In this document: positions 20,652 to 31,200 of the stretch, one piece after another
Layout of the letters: every line of letters begins with the position of its first letter
Numbering within the stretch: the first letter of the stretch is position 1
Assembly: GCA_963667035.1 (NCBI GenBank)
Contig: OY762964.1
Coordinates: 1,376,001 to 1,440,000, forward strand
Length of the DNA: 64,000 bases
Origin: Candidatus Cloacimonadales bacterium
GTDB lineage: Bacteria > Cloacimonadota > Cloacimonadia > Cloacimonadales > JAFGVF01
Direction: 5' to 3'
Notes under the pieces: generated by a model
What the model was told of the DNA's origin: nothing
What the model saw: the letters and a program-made list of their open reading frames with translations, nothing else
The model's database searches: none
Program-made: the position numbers and the translations under genes

Positions 20652-21995
20652 ATGAAAAAAAAATATACTCCCCCATTTATAGAGAAGAATAATGTTGGCA
20701 TGACTAACAAGTTCGGTTTCTCGAGCGTTGTTAACTATATAGATAGAATTGAAAATGTCCCAGTAGCCGATATAGTAGATAAATTTGGATCTCCAGTGAT
20801 AGTATTTTCCGAAAATGCTATAAGAGAAAAATATCGAAGAATGAAAACCGAATTAGAAAAACATTATCCAAATGCAGAGATTAGTTGGTCGTATAAAACG
20901 AACTATTTACAAGCAATCTCTTCAATATTACATCAAGAAGGAGCAAAGCCAGAAGTAGTGAGTATCATGGAATATGATATGGCTAAAGGACTAGGCCAGA
21001 AAGGTGAAGATATTATTTTTAACGGTCCGGGAAAGCGTAAAAACGACTTATTAACTGCTGTTTCAGAGAAAGCCAAAATACACATTGATCACATGGACGA
21101 GTTATTTTTACTCGAAGAAGTGGCTGACGAATTAAGTATGACTCCTCAAGTAGCCATCCGAGTTAATATGGACACAAAAGTATACCCTCAATGGCAAAGA
21201 TTCGGTTTTAATTATGACAATGGAGAAGCAATGAGAGTTCTTCAAAGGATAGTATCCGGAGGAAAACTACAGATTATTGGTCTTCACTGTCACATAGGCA
21301 CTTTCATGTTAGAACCTTCAGCCTACTATTATTCTGCAAAAGCATTGTTAGATTTAGCTATGCAACTTAAGGATAAATTTGGAATTGTAATTGATTATAT
21401 AGATTTAGGTGGAGGATTTGCTTCGAGAAATACCCTTCATAACCAATATACTCCCGGTGAATTTGCTTCACCCAATCCTGATCAGTATTTTTCAGCAATA
21501 GGTAAAGCTTTTAATGAATCTCAGTTTACAAGAGAGGAGAATCCGAGATTAATTATGGAAACAGGACGAGTCTTGGTTTCTGAAGCAGGATACTGTATTG
21601 CGTCAGTACTTGGTAAAAAAGACTTACCTACAGGACAAAGAGCCGTAATTCTTGATGGTGGAGTAAACATTATGATAACAGCTTGGTGGTATAATCTGAA
21701 TATTAAACCTGCTCAACCTCTTTCAGGAACATCCAGAAATACAATTTTTTATGGTCCTTTGTGTATGAACATTGATGTTGTTAAGCCTGATTGTGTATTC
21801 CCTGATTTACAAGTTAATGATAAAGTTGTAATTCATCCTGTTGGTGCATATAATGTAACCCAATGGATGCAGTTTATTGAATATAGACCCAATGTAGTAT
21901 TGATAACAGAGACCGGTGAAATTGAACTGATTAGAGAAAGAGAATATCTCAAAGACATTCAACACAAAGAGAGAATACCGGAACACTTGAAGTAG
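20652..21995 (+). CDS. fold-type III PLP enzyme, LysA/ornithine decarboxylase family, substrate unknown
   Basis: SYKTNY (PLP Lys), FNGPGK, HCHIGT, DLGGG, ETGR, GPLCMNID, GAY; about 30-aa N-terminal extension. Confidence 0.88.
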   Translation: MKKKYTPPFIEKNNVGMTNKFGFSSVVNYIDRIENVPVADIVDKFGSPVIVFSENAIREKYRRMKTELEKHYPNAEISWSYKTNYLQAISSILHQEGAKPEVVSIMEYDMAKGLGQKGEDIIFNGPGKRKNDLLTAVSEKAKIHIDHMDELFLLEEVADELSMTPQVAIRVNMDTKVYPQWQRFGFNYDNGEAMRVLQRIVSGGKLQIIGLHCHIGTFMLEPSAYYYSAKALLDLAMQLKDKFGIVIDYIDLGGGFASRNTLHNQYTPGEFASPNPDQYFSAIGKAFNESQFTREENPRLIMETGRVLVSEAGYCIASVLGKKDLPTGQRAVILDGGVNIMITAWWYNLNIKPAQPLSGTSRNTIFYGPLCMNIDVVKPDCVFPDLQVNDKVVIHPVGAYNVTQWMQFIEYRPNVVLITETGEIELIREREYLKDIQHKERIPEHLK

Positions 21996-22003
21996 ACGTA
22001 TTT

Positions 22004-24145
22004 ATGAATAAATCAAAGTATTTATACTCCTTTATTGAGGCAGTTCTTAACTCATACTCAACAATTATGTTCAGTAATGAAAGAATAGTAGGTCTCTTAA
22101 TACTATTATCTACACTGATAGATTGGAAAACAGGCTTATCGGGTTTAGTCGGAACCGCAATAGCTTTACTATTTGCCAGAGTATTCAGGTTTGAAGGATG
22201 GGATAGTAAATCAGGTTTGTTAGGTTTCAATAGTCTACTAGTTACTTTAGGATTAGGGTATTTCTACCCTTTCAACGGATCTAATCCCTTAATATTCTCA
22301 AGTATCCTCATAATAGCATCAATACTAGCTCTTTTTACTTATATTGCGTTAAATACGATTATTGTTCGCTATTTAAATTTCCCTTCAATGAGTTTATCTT
22401 TCTCAGTAATAGCTATATTCTTAAGCTTTTTCTATCTGAGAATAGGTGGGACATTGATAGGTGAGATTAGGCCCTTGTTGATACAGACATCTATTGAACT
22501 ACCTCAATACTTTGATTTGTATTTAAAAAGCCTTGGTAGCATTTTTTTTCAACCGAATATTATAACCGGAGCAGTCATTGCATTAGCACTGTTAGTAACT
22601 TCTAGAATAGGTTTTGTTCTATCTTTAGTAGGATTTAGTCTTAGTTTTGTTTTTATGACAGTGTTCAATAGCTTCCCAACAGGTGAGATACTATTCCCCA
22701 GTTTGAACCTCATTCTTATCTCAATAGCTATAGGAGGAGTGTTCTTCATCCCTAGTTGGTACTCTTATTTGATTGCTGTTATTGCGGGTATTACCGGTAT
22801 CATTATTGCTTTCTCATTCCAGACAATGCTTTACAATTTCTTTGTTCCGCCTTTTGCATTTCCTTATTGCATTACAGTATTCATCTACGTATATGCAATG
22901 CGATTAAGGTTAGTAAACAAAAATCCCTATAGTATTGATTACGGTTCTTTCCATCCTGAAGGAAACTTAGAGTACTATTACTCAAGAATAGAAAGATTTT
23001 ATGAAACAGGAACTTCCCAGTTTGCTCTTCCATTTAGTGGCGAATGGACTATTACACAGGGGAATGAAGGTGAGTTTACTCATAAAGACTTATGGAAACA
23101 TGCTTGGGATTTTGAGATTTATGATAAAGAAGGTAGCAGTTATAGAAATGAGGGAGTAAATGTTACTGATTATTACTGCTATGGGAAACCCGTGTTTGCA
23201 TCTGCTCCCGGGTATGTAACTAAAGTTCTTGATGGTATTTTGGATAATCCGGTAGGACAAATCAATACTATAGATAACTGGGGAAACTATGTTATCGTTC
23301 ATCATTGGGGTAGTATCTATTCAATGTATGCCCATTTAAAGCCAGGAACTATAAATCTCAAACAAGGTGATACAATTAGCAAAGGGACTAAGCTTGGATC
23401 TGTTGGTAACTCGGGACGTTCTGCTGTTCCCCATTTGCATTTTAACATACAATTAGGTCCGGAGCCCGGCTCATCCACATTGAAATCCTATCTTGTTAAT
23501 TACAAAACAACAATAGATAACACTAACTTCAAGTTTATTCCATATGGTATTCCATTGAAAGATGATAGGATCTCTCCCCTAATTCCTGATTCTTCATTGC
23601 AAGATATTTTGAATCTTAAAGTCACTGATAAATCTTCATTCAAAGTGAGAACAGTTAAAGGTGTTAAACAAGAAACTTGGGAAGTCAATGTAGATTTACT
23701 AGGAAACCTAAGTATTATTAGTGATAAATCCTATATCTATTTTTCTGTTTATGAAGGAATCTACAATTGTTTTAGTTACTATGGCAAGAGAAACATCGGA
23801 TTACACACCTTTGCACTTATCTTATCAAGACTACCATATTTAAAAAGTAAAGCAATTGAATGGACTGATAAACCTCCTCTTTCTATTTTCTATAATCCGT
23901 TTATAGAAAAAACAGTTCTCTTCATCAAAGCTTTCTTACCAAATTTCATAACGACAGAAGCCCAATATAAAGCAGTTGACAATAACAACATCATAAAAAT
24001 AGATTCATTTATTACCATAAAGATTGTAAATAGAATCTTTAAAAGCTACCATGGCAAGTTAGAGGTTGATGTAAGTAAGGGGATTACATACATGAGCTTG
24101 GAGGATAGCAAAAAATTTCTTGTAGAGGTTGAAAGAATAGAATAA
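22004..24145 (+). CDS. urea-transporter-like membrane domain fused to an M23 metallopeptidase domain
   Basis: About 10 TM helices with GLLGFNSLL; then HAWDF, GNYVIVHH...YAHL, VGNSGRSAVPHLHF. Confidence 0.85.
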   Translation: MNKSKYLYSFIEAVLNSYSTIMFSNERIVGLLILLSTLIDWKTGLSGLVGTAIALLFARVFRFEGWDSKSGLLGFNSLLVTLGLGYFYPFNGSNPLIFSSILIIASILALFTYIALNTIIVRYLNFPSMSLSFSVIAIFLSFFYLRIGGTLIGEIRPLLIQTSIELPQYFDLYLKSLGSIFFQPNIITGAVIALALLVTSRIGFVLSLVGFSLSFVFMTVFNSFPTGEILFPSLNLILISIAIGGVFFIPSWYSYLIAVIAGITGIIIAFSFQTMLYNFFVPPFAFPYCITVFIYVYAMRLRLVNKNPYSIDYGSFHPEGNLEYYYSRIERFYETGTSQFALPFSGEWTITQGNEGEFTHKDLWKHAWDFEIYDKEGSSYRNEGVNVTDYYCYGKPVFASAPGYVTKVLDGILDNPVGQINTIDNWGNYVIVHHWGSIYSMYAHLKPGTINLKQGDTISKGTKLGSVGNSGRSAVPHLHFNIQLGPEPGSSTLKSYLVNYKTTIDNTNFKFIPYGIPLKDDRISPLIPDSSLQDILNLKVTDKSSFKVRTVKGVKQETWEVNVDLLGNLSIISDKSYIYFSVYEGIYNCFSYYGKRNIGLHTFALILSRLPYLKSKAIEWTDKPPLSIFYNPFIEKTVLFIKAFLPNFITTEAQYKAVDNNNIIKIDSFITIKIVNRIFKSYHGKLEVDVSKGITYMSLEDSKKFLVEVERIE

Positions 24146-25542
24146 TGCTTTTTAATTCTTTAGAGTTTGCTCTATTTTTACCAATAGTTCTAATCCTGTT
24201 TCATTTGATTCCAGCAAAGGGAAGATGGGGTTTGTTACTAGGAGCAAGTTTCTTATTTTATAGTTTTTGGAGACCTGAATATCTACTACTGATAGTAACA
24301 TCAATAGTAGTAGATTATATTGCAGGTATCAGAATTGAGAAAAGCAAATCTCAAAGAATTAAAAAAACATTTCTTATCATAAGTTTAATAACTAATCTAG
24401 GACTACTGCTATTCTTTAAATATTTTAATTTCCTTGCTAACAGCATTGTAAATCTAATACCAACTATGCAATTCGAAACTAATCACAGATTCCTCAATGT
24501 GCTTCTTCCGGTTGGAATTTCTTTTTATACTTTCCAGACAATGGGCTACACAATAGATGTTTATAAAGGGAAATTAAAAGCAGAAAAACACATAGGCTAT
24601 TTTGCTCTTTATGTCTCATTCTTTCCACAACTTGTAGCTGGTCCTATTGAGAGAGCTGATCATCTTTTACCTCAGTTTAAAAAAAAGAAGCCAATAACTA
24701 ATGATGATTTGTTAATAGGATTTTCAAGAATAGTATTAGGCTTTTTTAAGAAAGTAGTAATTGCAGACAGATTAGCTTTATTCTCTGACGAGGTGTTTAA
24801 TCATGCTACTTCTTATTCAGGAATACCACTAATTATTGGAGTAGTTTTTTTTACATTTCAAATCTATTGCGATTTCAGTGGATACACTGATATCGCTTTA
24901 GGTATAGCTAGAATAATGGGAATCAGATTGCTTGAGAACTTTAAAACTCCTTATCTTTCAAGAAACATTAATGAATTCTGGAAGCGTTGGCATATATCTC
25001 TCTCCGGATGGTTCAGAGACTACTTATACATTCCTCTAGGGGGGAATAGAATTTCAATACCCCGTAAGTATTTAAACTTGATTATTGTATTTGTCCTTAG
25101 CGGATTTTGGCATGGAGCAAATTGGACATTTATGATTTGGGGATTTGTACATGGTGTTCTACTTATTGGATGGAATATTCTTAAACCTCTAAATCTTAGA
25201 ATTCCAAAAGCAATTAGCATTTTTCTCACATTCATAGTTGTTAGTATTGCTTGGATTTTCTTCAGGGCATCATCACTTTCTGATTCATTACACATCATAG
25301 GCAGTATCATCTCCCCTGTTCATTGGGGTGGATTTTTACCCGGGTTAACGATGACAGAATTAATTTTAAGTGCATTTTTCATTACCTTAATGAGCATAAT
25401 ACATTCAAGGTTAGGAGCAGATATGCAGAAGATGCTAAATCAATCACCATTAAAAAGAGTTCTTGTATTGAGCTCGCTAGTAGTTTTGATATTCAGTTTC
25501 GGAATATTTAACGAAAACCAGTTTATCTATTTCCAATTCTAA
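24145..25542 (+). CDS. MBOAT O-acyltransferase, AlgI/DltB-like
   Basis: LPVGISFYTFQ, FPQLVAGPIER, DFSGYTDIA, FWKRWHISLSGWFRDYLYIPLGG, GFWHGANW. Confidence 0.93.
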   Translation: MLFNSLEFALFLPIVLILFHLIPAKGRWGLLLGASFLFYSFWRPEYLLLIVTSIVVDYIAGIRIEKSKSQRIKKTFLIISLITNLGLLLFFKYFNFLANSIVNLIPTMQFETNHRFLNVLLPVGISFYTFQTMGYTIDVYKGKLKAEKHIGYFALYVSFFPQLVAGPIERADHLLPQFKKKKPITNDDLLIGFSRIVLGFFKKVVIADRLALFSDEVFNHATSYSGIPLIIGVVFFTFQIYCDFSGYTDIALGIARIMGIRLLENFKTPYLSRNINEFWKRWHISLSGWFRDYLYIPLGGNRISIPRKYLNLIIVFVLSGFWHGANWTFMIWGFVHGVLLIGWNILKPLNLRIPKAISIFLTFIVVSIAWIFFRASSLSDSLHIIGSIISPVHWGGFLPGLTMTELILSAFFITLMSIIHSRLGADMQKMLNQSPLKRVLVLSSLVVLIFSFGIFNENQFIYFQF

Positions 25543-25543
25543 C

Positions 25544-26491
25544 ATGAAAGCAATTATTAAATATATTATACTCTTTATGTCGGTTACAGTTATCCTAGTA
25601 GCAATACTAGCCGTTATAAACAGATTCATTTTCTTACCCGTAATCTATAATCCGAAGTATTTTTCTTTAAATGAGAAAACATTCATAATGGGTGATTCCC
25701 ATACTCAGTGTGCTATTAATCCTAAGTATATTGATGATTCAGTAAATCTATCAAAAAATAGTGAGAATTACTTTCTAACTTACGTTAAATTGTCATATTT
25801 CCTCAAGTACAACAAACCTAATCGTTTAATACTAAATTTCTCATATCATAACTTCTCAACCTTATACGACAAAGAGATGTTTGGAGTTAGGCGTAATGTT
25901 CTCCTAAACAGATATTATCCAATTATTAATGATAAAAGCAACTTTTTTACTTCCAAGAAAGATGGTGACTGGCTATACACAAAACTTAAATATGATTGGG
26001 GTTTGCCATTTGATTTTTCGAATAACATGCACTTGTTTTTCTATTTGAAGCATTTTGATAAACCTGATATTGCCAACTATCCCTTCGGAGGTTACTATAG
26101 ATACAATGATACTTGTAATCTATCAAACGATACAATCAAGCATTCTCTAAAGGCACATTATAACAACAATGGAGAACGAGCCGGTGTTTCTAAACTGATG
26201 TATGATTATGTCAAAAGAATTTGCGAGGTTTGCAAAGAGAATGATATTGAGATTATTTTAGTGAACACTCCAGTACATACTGATTATTATAAAAAAATCC
26301 CTGAAGCCTTTAAAGAAAATCACATTATAGTATATAATTACTTGAAAGAAGAATATAGTGCTAAATATTTTGATTTCTCAACGTTTCCAATTCCTGATAA
26401 AGGATATGGAGATGGTGATCATCTGAATGCTTATGGAGCAACCATATTCTCAAAAGAACTTAAGAAAACTTTAGACTCATTGGAGGAATAG
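25544..26491 (+). CDS. membrane-anchored SGNH-like partner of the MBOAT (AlgJ/DltD-like)
   Basis: N-terminal TM helix, MGDSH (GDS) and DGDHLN (DxxH) motifs; directly follows the MBOAT. Confidence 0.78.
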   Translation: MKAIIKYIILFMSVTVILVAILAVINRFIFLPVIYNPKYFSLNEKTFIMGDSHTQCAINPKYIDDSVNLSKNSENYFLTYVKLSYFLKYNKPNRLILNFSYHNFSTLYDKEMFGVRRNVLLNRYYPIINDKSNFFTSKKDGDWLYTKLKYDWGLPFDFSNNMHLFFYLKHFDKPDIANYPFGGYYRYNDTCNLSNDTIKHSLKAHYNNNGERAGVSKLMYDYVKRICEVCKENDIEIILVNTPVHTDYYKKIPEAFKENHIIVYNYLKEEYSAKYFDFSTFPIPDKGYGDGDHLNAYGATIFSKELKKTLDSLEE

Positions 26492-27097
26492 ATGCGTAAA
26501 TACTTTCTTATTGTAATCATATTTATGTTTTTTACCAGTCTCATAGCAGATACTGACAGTCCAATAACCAGATCATATAATTATGAAAATAATTATCAAT
26601 ACACTGCAGCAATTGAAGCTATGAGCTTTCTTATTAGTAATGAACCTGATAATGCTTTCTATAATACAAGACTTGGATGGTTAAATTACCTAAATACCGA
26701 CTACACTGCTGCAAAGAACTACTATGAGAAAGCTTATAAGAAAGAAAAGAATACTGAAGCTCTGGAAGGTCTAAATCTAGTATCTTACTATTCCGGAGAC
26801 TGGGATAACGTAATTTACTACTCTGATGAGATTCTTAAGAAGTACCCTCATAACTTTGTTGCTTTAACCTATAAAGCATACGCATTTTTCATGAAGTCCG
26901 ATTGGATAAAAGCAGCAAAGATTTACAATCTTATTCTAGCAAGATATCCTTATCATATAGATAGCAGATGTTATCTTCTTGCCTGTTATACATATTCATC
27001 CGATATCCTTAAAGCGAAAACACAATACGAATTCGTTAAGAAATATGCTCCTACAAGTAAATATCTAATTGAGTATGAAGCTACTGTTAAAAAATAG
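26492..27097 (+). CDS. secreted TPR protein
   Basis: Signal peptide; TPR-like RLGWLNY...YTAAKNYYEKA repeats. Confidence 0.8.
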   Translation: MRKYFLIVIIFMFFTSLIADTDSPITRSYNYENNYQYTAAIEAMSFLISNEPDNAFYNTRLGWLNYLNTDYTAAKNYYEKAYKKEKNTEALEGLNLVSYYSGDWDNVIYYSDEILKKYPHNFVALTYKAYAFFMKSDWIKAAKIYNLILARYPYHIDSRCYLLACYTYSSDILKAKTQYEFVKKYAPTSKYLIEYEATVKK

Positions 27098-28289
27098 TAT
27101 ACTTGTTCTATTATTCCTAATTCCATTTCAACTATTCGGTGTCTCTTCTATTGAAGAAGCATACAGGTTTCTTTCTAACAGGCAATATGTTTCAGCAAAG
27201 AATGCTTATTTAGAGCTGATTAAAGCTGACAGTTGCTATGCTGATGCATATATAGGAGCAATAGAATCATCTTTAGGATTGAAACAAATCAAAGAAGCAG
27301 AGTCTCTTGCAAAGCAAGCTCAACCTGATTGTAATCCTAATCATATCTTTTCTCGCTATCTAGGTTACATATACTATCTTAAAAAGGACTATTATAGAAG
27401 TATCTATTATTATAAGATAGCCATCTGGGGTTCTATGGATAGGTCAATTGAACTCACAGGACTTGGAAAGAGTTATAGTGAATTACATTACTTGGATAAA
27501 GCTGAGAACTATCTTCTTAATGCTCTAAAGGTTAATAAGGATAATCTTTACGCTCAGAATGCTCTAAATCAAATTAAGCATTTACCATTGTATACTGAGA
27601 TTTATTCAGGAATCAATAGCTCTAACAAAGAAGAGAAGACTTACTTCGGTTCATTGTTTATAAATAGCTACAAGAGTCTATTAAATCTCAGATTTAATCA
27701 TTTTGAATCTAACAATACTAATAGAGATAGCTATGCTCTAGGTTATAAATACCTTACATCAGGTTGGAAAACAGGAATAGATTTAGCTTATATGTCAGGA
27801 GATTACAAGCTCCTTTACGATACTTACGGAACTTCTCTCATGTTTGAGAAAGAATTTATTAATCAATACGGTTACAATAGACTTGGTTACTCCTTTTCTT
27901 ATTGCTACTATGATATACTTTCATCAATACAGAATACTGCTTGGTATGAGACAAAGATAAACAGAGCCAATCTTTTATTGGAGTTAACAAGTAGTATAAG
28001 AGACTATGAAGTTAAGGATTTAGACAATGATTACTGGTTGTTATACACGGAATTAAATTACAGACTCCCTTATAACTTTACTTCAGGTCTATTCCTCTTT
28101 TATGGAGATAAAGAGTTCTATGTTTCTCCCAAAGGCTATGTAATTGATAACTACAGAGAACCAAACTTATCTTATGGATTTAACCTCATGTATGAGTTAC
28201 CCAAAATTTCCATAGCAGGAAATTATACAATTAATGATGATAAAACATACTCGTCCAGTCTTACACTGGGATATAAAACAAAGTTCTGA
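27075..28289 (+). CDS. TPR plus C-terminal beta-barrel outer membrane protein
   Basis: Signal peptide, N-terminal TPRs, aromatic alternating strands, ends LGYKTKF. Confidence 0.7.
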   Translation: MKLLLKNSILVLLFLIPFQLFGVSSIEEAYRFLSNRQYVSAKNAYLELIKADSCYADAYIGAIESSLGLKQIKEAESLAKQAQPDCNPNHIFSRYLGYIYYLKKDYYRSIYYYKIAIWGSMDRSIELTGLGKSYSELHYLDKAENYLLNALKVNKDNLYAQNALNQIKHLPLYTEIYSGINSSNKEEKTYFGSLFINSYKSLLNLRFNHFESNNTNRDSYALGYKYLTSGWKTGIDLAYMSGDYKLLYDTYGTSLMFEKEFINQYGYNRLGYSFSYCYYDILSSIQNTAWYETKINRANLLLELTSSIRDYEVKDLDNDYWLLYTELNYRLPYNFTSGLFLFYGDKEFYVSPKGYVIDNYREPNLSYGFNLMYELPKISIAGNYTINDDKTYSSSLTLGYKTKF

Positions 28290-28299
28290 TGGAGTGCTT

Positions 28300-31200
28300 T
28301 TGCAGACATTAAAACGTTTCTTCCTTTTGTTTCTTGCCCTTATAACATTGAACGCTTGCTTTAGAGAGAATAATGACTATCCGGTCGGTGTCGATCCATT
28401 CTCAATTACTGAGAGTGATATCCCCGGTTATTATATTGGAACAGAAATATCTGAGACAATGAATTACTATGTTCCATCTCAGAATAGTGATGCTTACCTA
28501 TTACTTGAACAAGAAACCATTACAGATTCTTTATTGCATAGAGGTGATTTTCTCTGGTTTGGAGAAATTGAAAGCTTTACATTAAGAGACTCCATTTACA
28601 TTTCTGCTGAATATGACCAAGCTACTCCTACATTCTTTTTGGGAGTATACAGAGATTCATTGTTAGTTAACTTTTCTGCAACTTTCCCGACAAATAGCAT
28701 CAGAGCATTTATACCAGCTGAAAAAGACAATTCAAATATAAAACTAGTAACATGGGGAGATGAATTTCTTACTGATTACGCATACAACAATCAATCAGGT
28801 TCTTCCAATCTATTTACCATTAATCTAACTCCCGGACAAGAGTTTGCTTTCTACTCACTTAACGGTTCATCTAGTAACTACACTATTAGTTATTCGAATA
28901 GTAATATGCACATACTTACAAAAGACTTCTACGGTTTTATGCCGTCCGGACTAGGTATGACAGGTAATGTAAGTATAAATTCATCTATCGATAGCAACAC
29001 TCTAGCAGCAATCAATGGTGTCTATAATAATTTGCTTGTTAGTAATACCTCAATATCAGTCAATTTTAACACTGTACTCAATGATAATGATTACATTGTT
29101 ATATGTTATAAACAACTCCCGGAACATACACCGGAGAATATGCTACTATATGAACATGACACCTTCTCTCAGTTTGATAATAGTAGTAATTATTGGTCAA
29201 TCGATTCTGATAACTTACAAATCTTTCCGAACAAGACAGGAGATTATATCTTGGTAGAAAACATTCCTGATGTTAATGAGTATAAGATTACTTTGGACGG
29301 CTCATTTTCAACATTATGTCTAGGTGATTTCTACTGTAATCTCAAAACTGCATCACTTAACAATACTTATCTCACTATCAATCTACAAGCAAGCATTGAC
29401 CAATGGGATACTTATTACGGATCCAATAGTTATGGCTTAATGGTTCCTGATAACATTTACGGTTTCACCTTTACAGATTTCGATGGAACAAGTGTTACTC
29501 TTACCGATGATGAATACATAGAAGTAGGATTTCCCTCTGCAAAAGCAAACAGAATGCTATTCTATCACAAAGACGATGGTCAATCACTAACAATCGGCTA
29601 TCTTACTGAAGATATCAGTTACGATGAAAGACACTATACCGAGATAGATGGCTATCTTTATTTCGGAGTTAACTCTTCATGTAATTATTTCTTTTCAGAT
29701 TATGAACCGTCTATAACTAATAAATCTATTCCTTTGCCTTACAATAAGGTATATTATAATTTCGGAAGTTTCACTTTAAATATTGATACCTACTCCAATC
29801 CTATATCTTCCATTAACATTAGTTTTAATACTCCTATCCCCTATGTAGATACAATATTTTCAGGATATCCTTACAAACTAAATACAACTCCATTCAGTTT
29901 CAATGTAGATTTCTTTTCGGATGAGCAAGAGATTCAACAACTGGATGATGATGAATACATTGAGATAGGCATTCATAATGATTACTTACCTCCCTCATAT
30001 TCACATCTCTTCACCATAGACAACAGTGCTTCAGAGTTCAGAGCTTCTTACAAGACTATGGGAGATGAATATGATGAAGAGCACTTCTCTATTCAAAATG
30101 ATTATACTTATTTTGGACTAGCCTCTAGCTCAGACTATTTGTTCTCAGAAGCTAACACTGATTTGGATACTTACTTCTTCGAACTACCCACAAAAGCAAT
30201 ATTGCTTGAAGCGGATGATTTCTTCATATCAAGCGAGAGTGTTACATCAGCAAACAAACTTGTAGTAAATACGCAAGTTAATACCGATTTTATTCATAAC
30301 TACTTTGACTCTAATCCCTTCTCAATAGAAACTCCTGAGTTCATCTATGAGTTTAGTTTTCTCCTAGATAATAATCCTGTTAGTGAGCTAAGGGAAGGTG
30401 AATCCGTTGTCATCACAAAACCGGCTTCTGTTCCAAATGGACAAAGTGTAGTAATTGATTATGCAGAATCAGCTAGTGCTGTAAGTATTATTTCAAACTC
30501 GGAATACACGGTTGATAGTAGATATACTTATGAGAACGACAATATCTCTATGCTCGTGTATAGAACAGGCAAAAAGTGTTATACTTCTTTAAATCCATTA
30601 TCTTCCGACTTTACTATTCCATTACTCAAGCAGCACACAGAGATAATCAGTCTGGACTTATCAATTGTCACGGATTTAACTCCTAGTCTTTTAAATAGCT
30701 ATCCTGACGGTCTTATTGTTAATGCATCAATTCAAAGTGATTTACCTGAAGAAGCCATTGATATTTTCAACCAATACGATAACTTAGTTGTTTCATCTGT
30801 ATATCATTTCGGATTAAGTGATACTAACAATACGGAGCTCAATTCATTGCTTGAAACAATCAATCCAGCAATTGAAATTAATATAGAGTCCACGCCAAGT
30901 TTTCTGTGTTACTTCTCTCCCGAGAATAGAAACAGACTTTACACATATCCATTAGGAGAAGTAATTGATGGATATAATTTTACTGTTTCAAACAATAAAG
31001 CACTCTTCCTCATTCATGACCCGGGGTACTATGTCGCTATAAGAGAGAATACACCAATGCTAATGAATGATTATAATATTACAGACGTTTCCTCTCCGAT
31101 AAATGTTTCATTTTATCAAACTCAATTCATGCTTCCCGCTTATTTCGTACCATTTTATTTTGAAGTGGGAGATAGAGTTGTTTTAAGAACTGAGTCCGTT

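Noticed and set aside
20652..21995. Housekeeping lysA
   Set aside because: Motifs deviate from canonical LysA (YKTNY, CMNID), it has an extra N-terminal segment, and there is no lysine-pathway context
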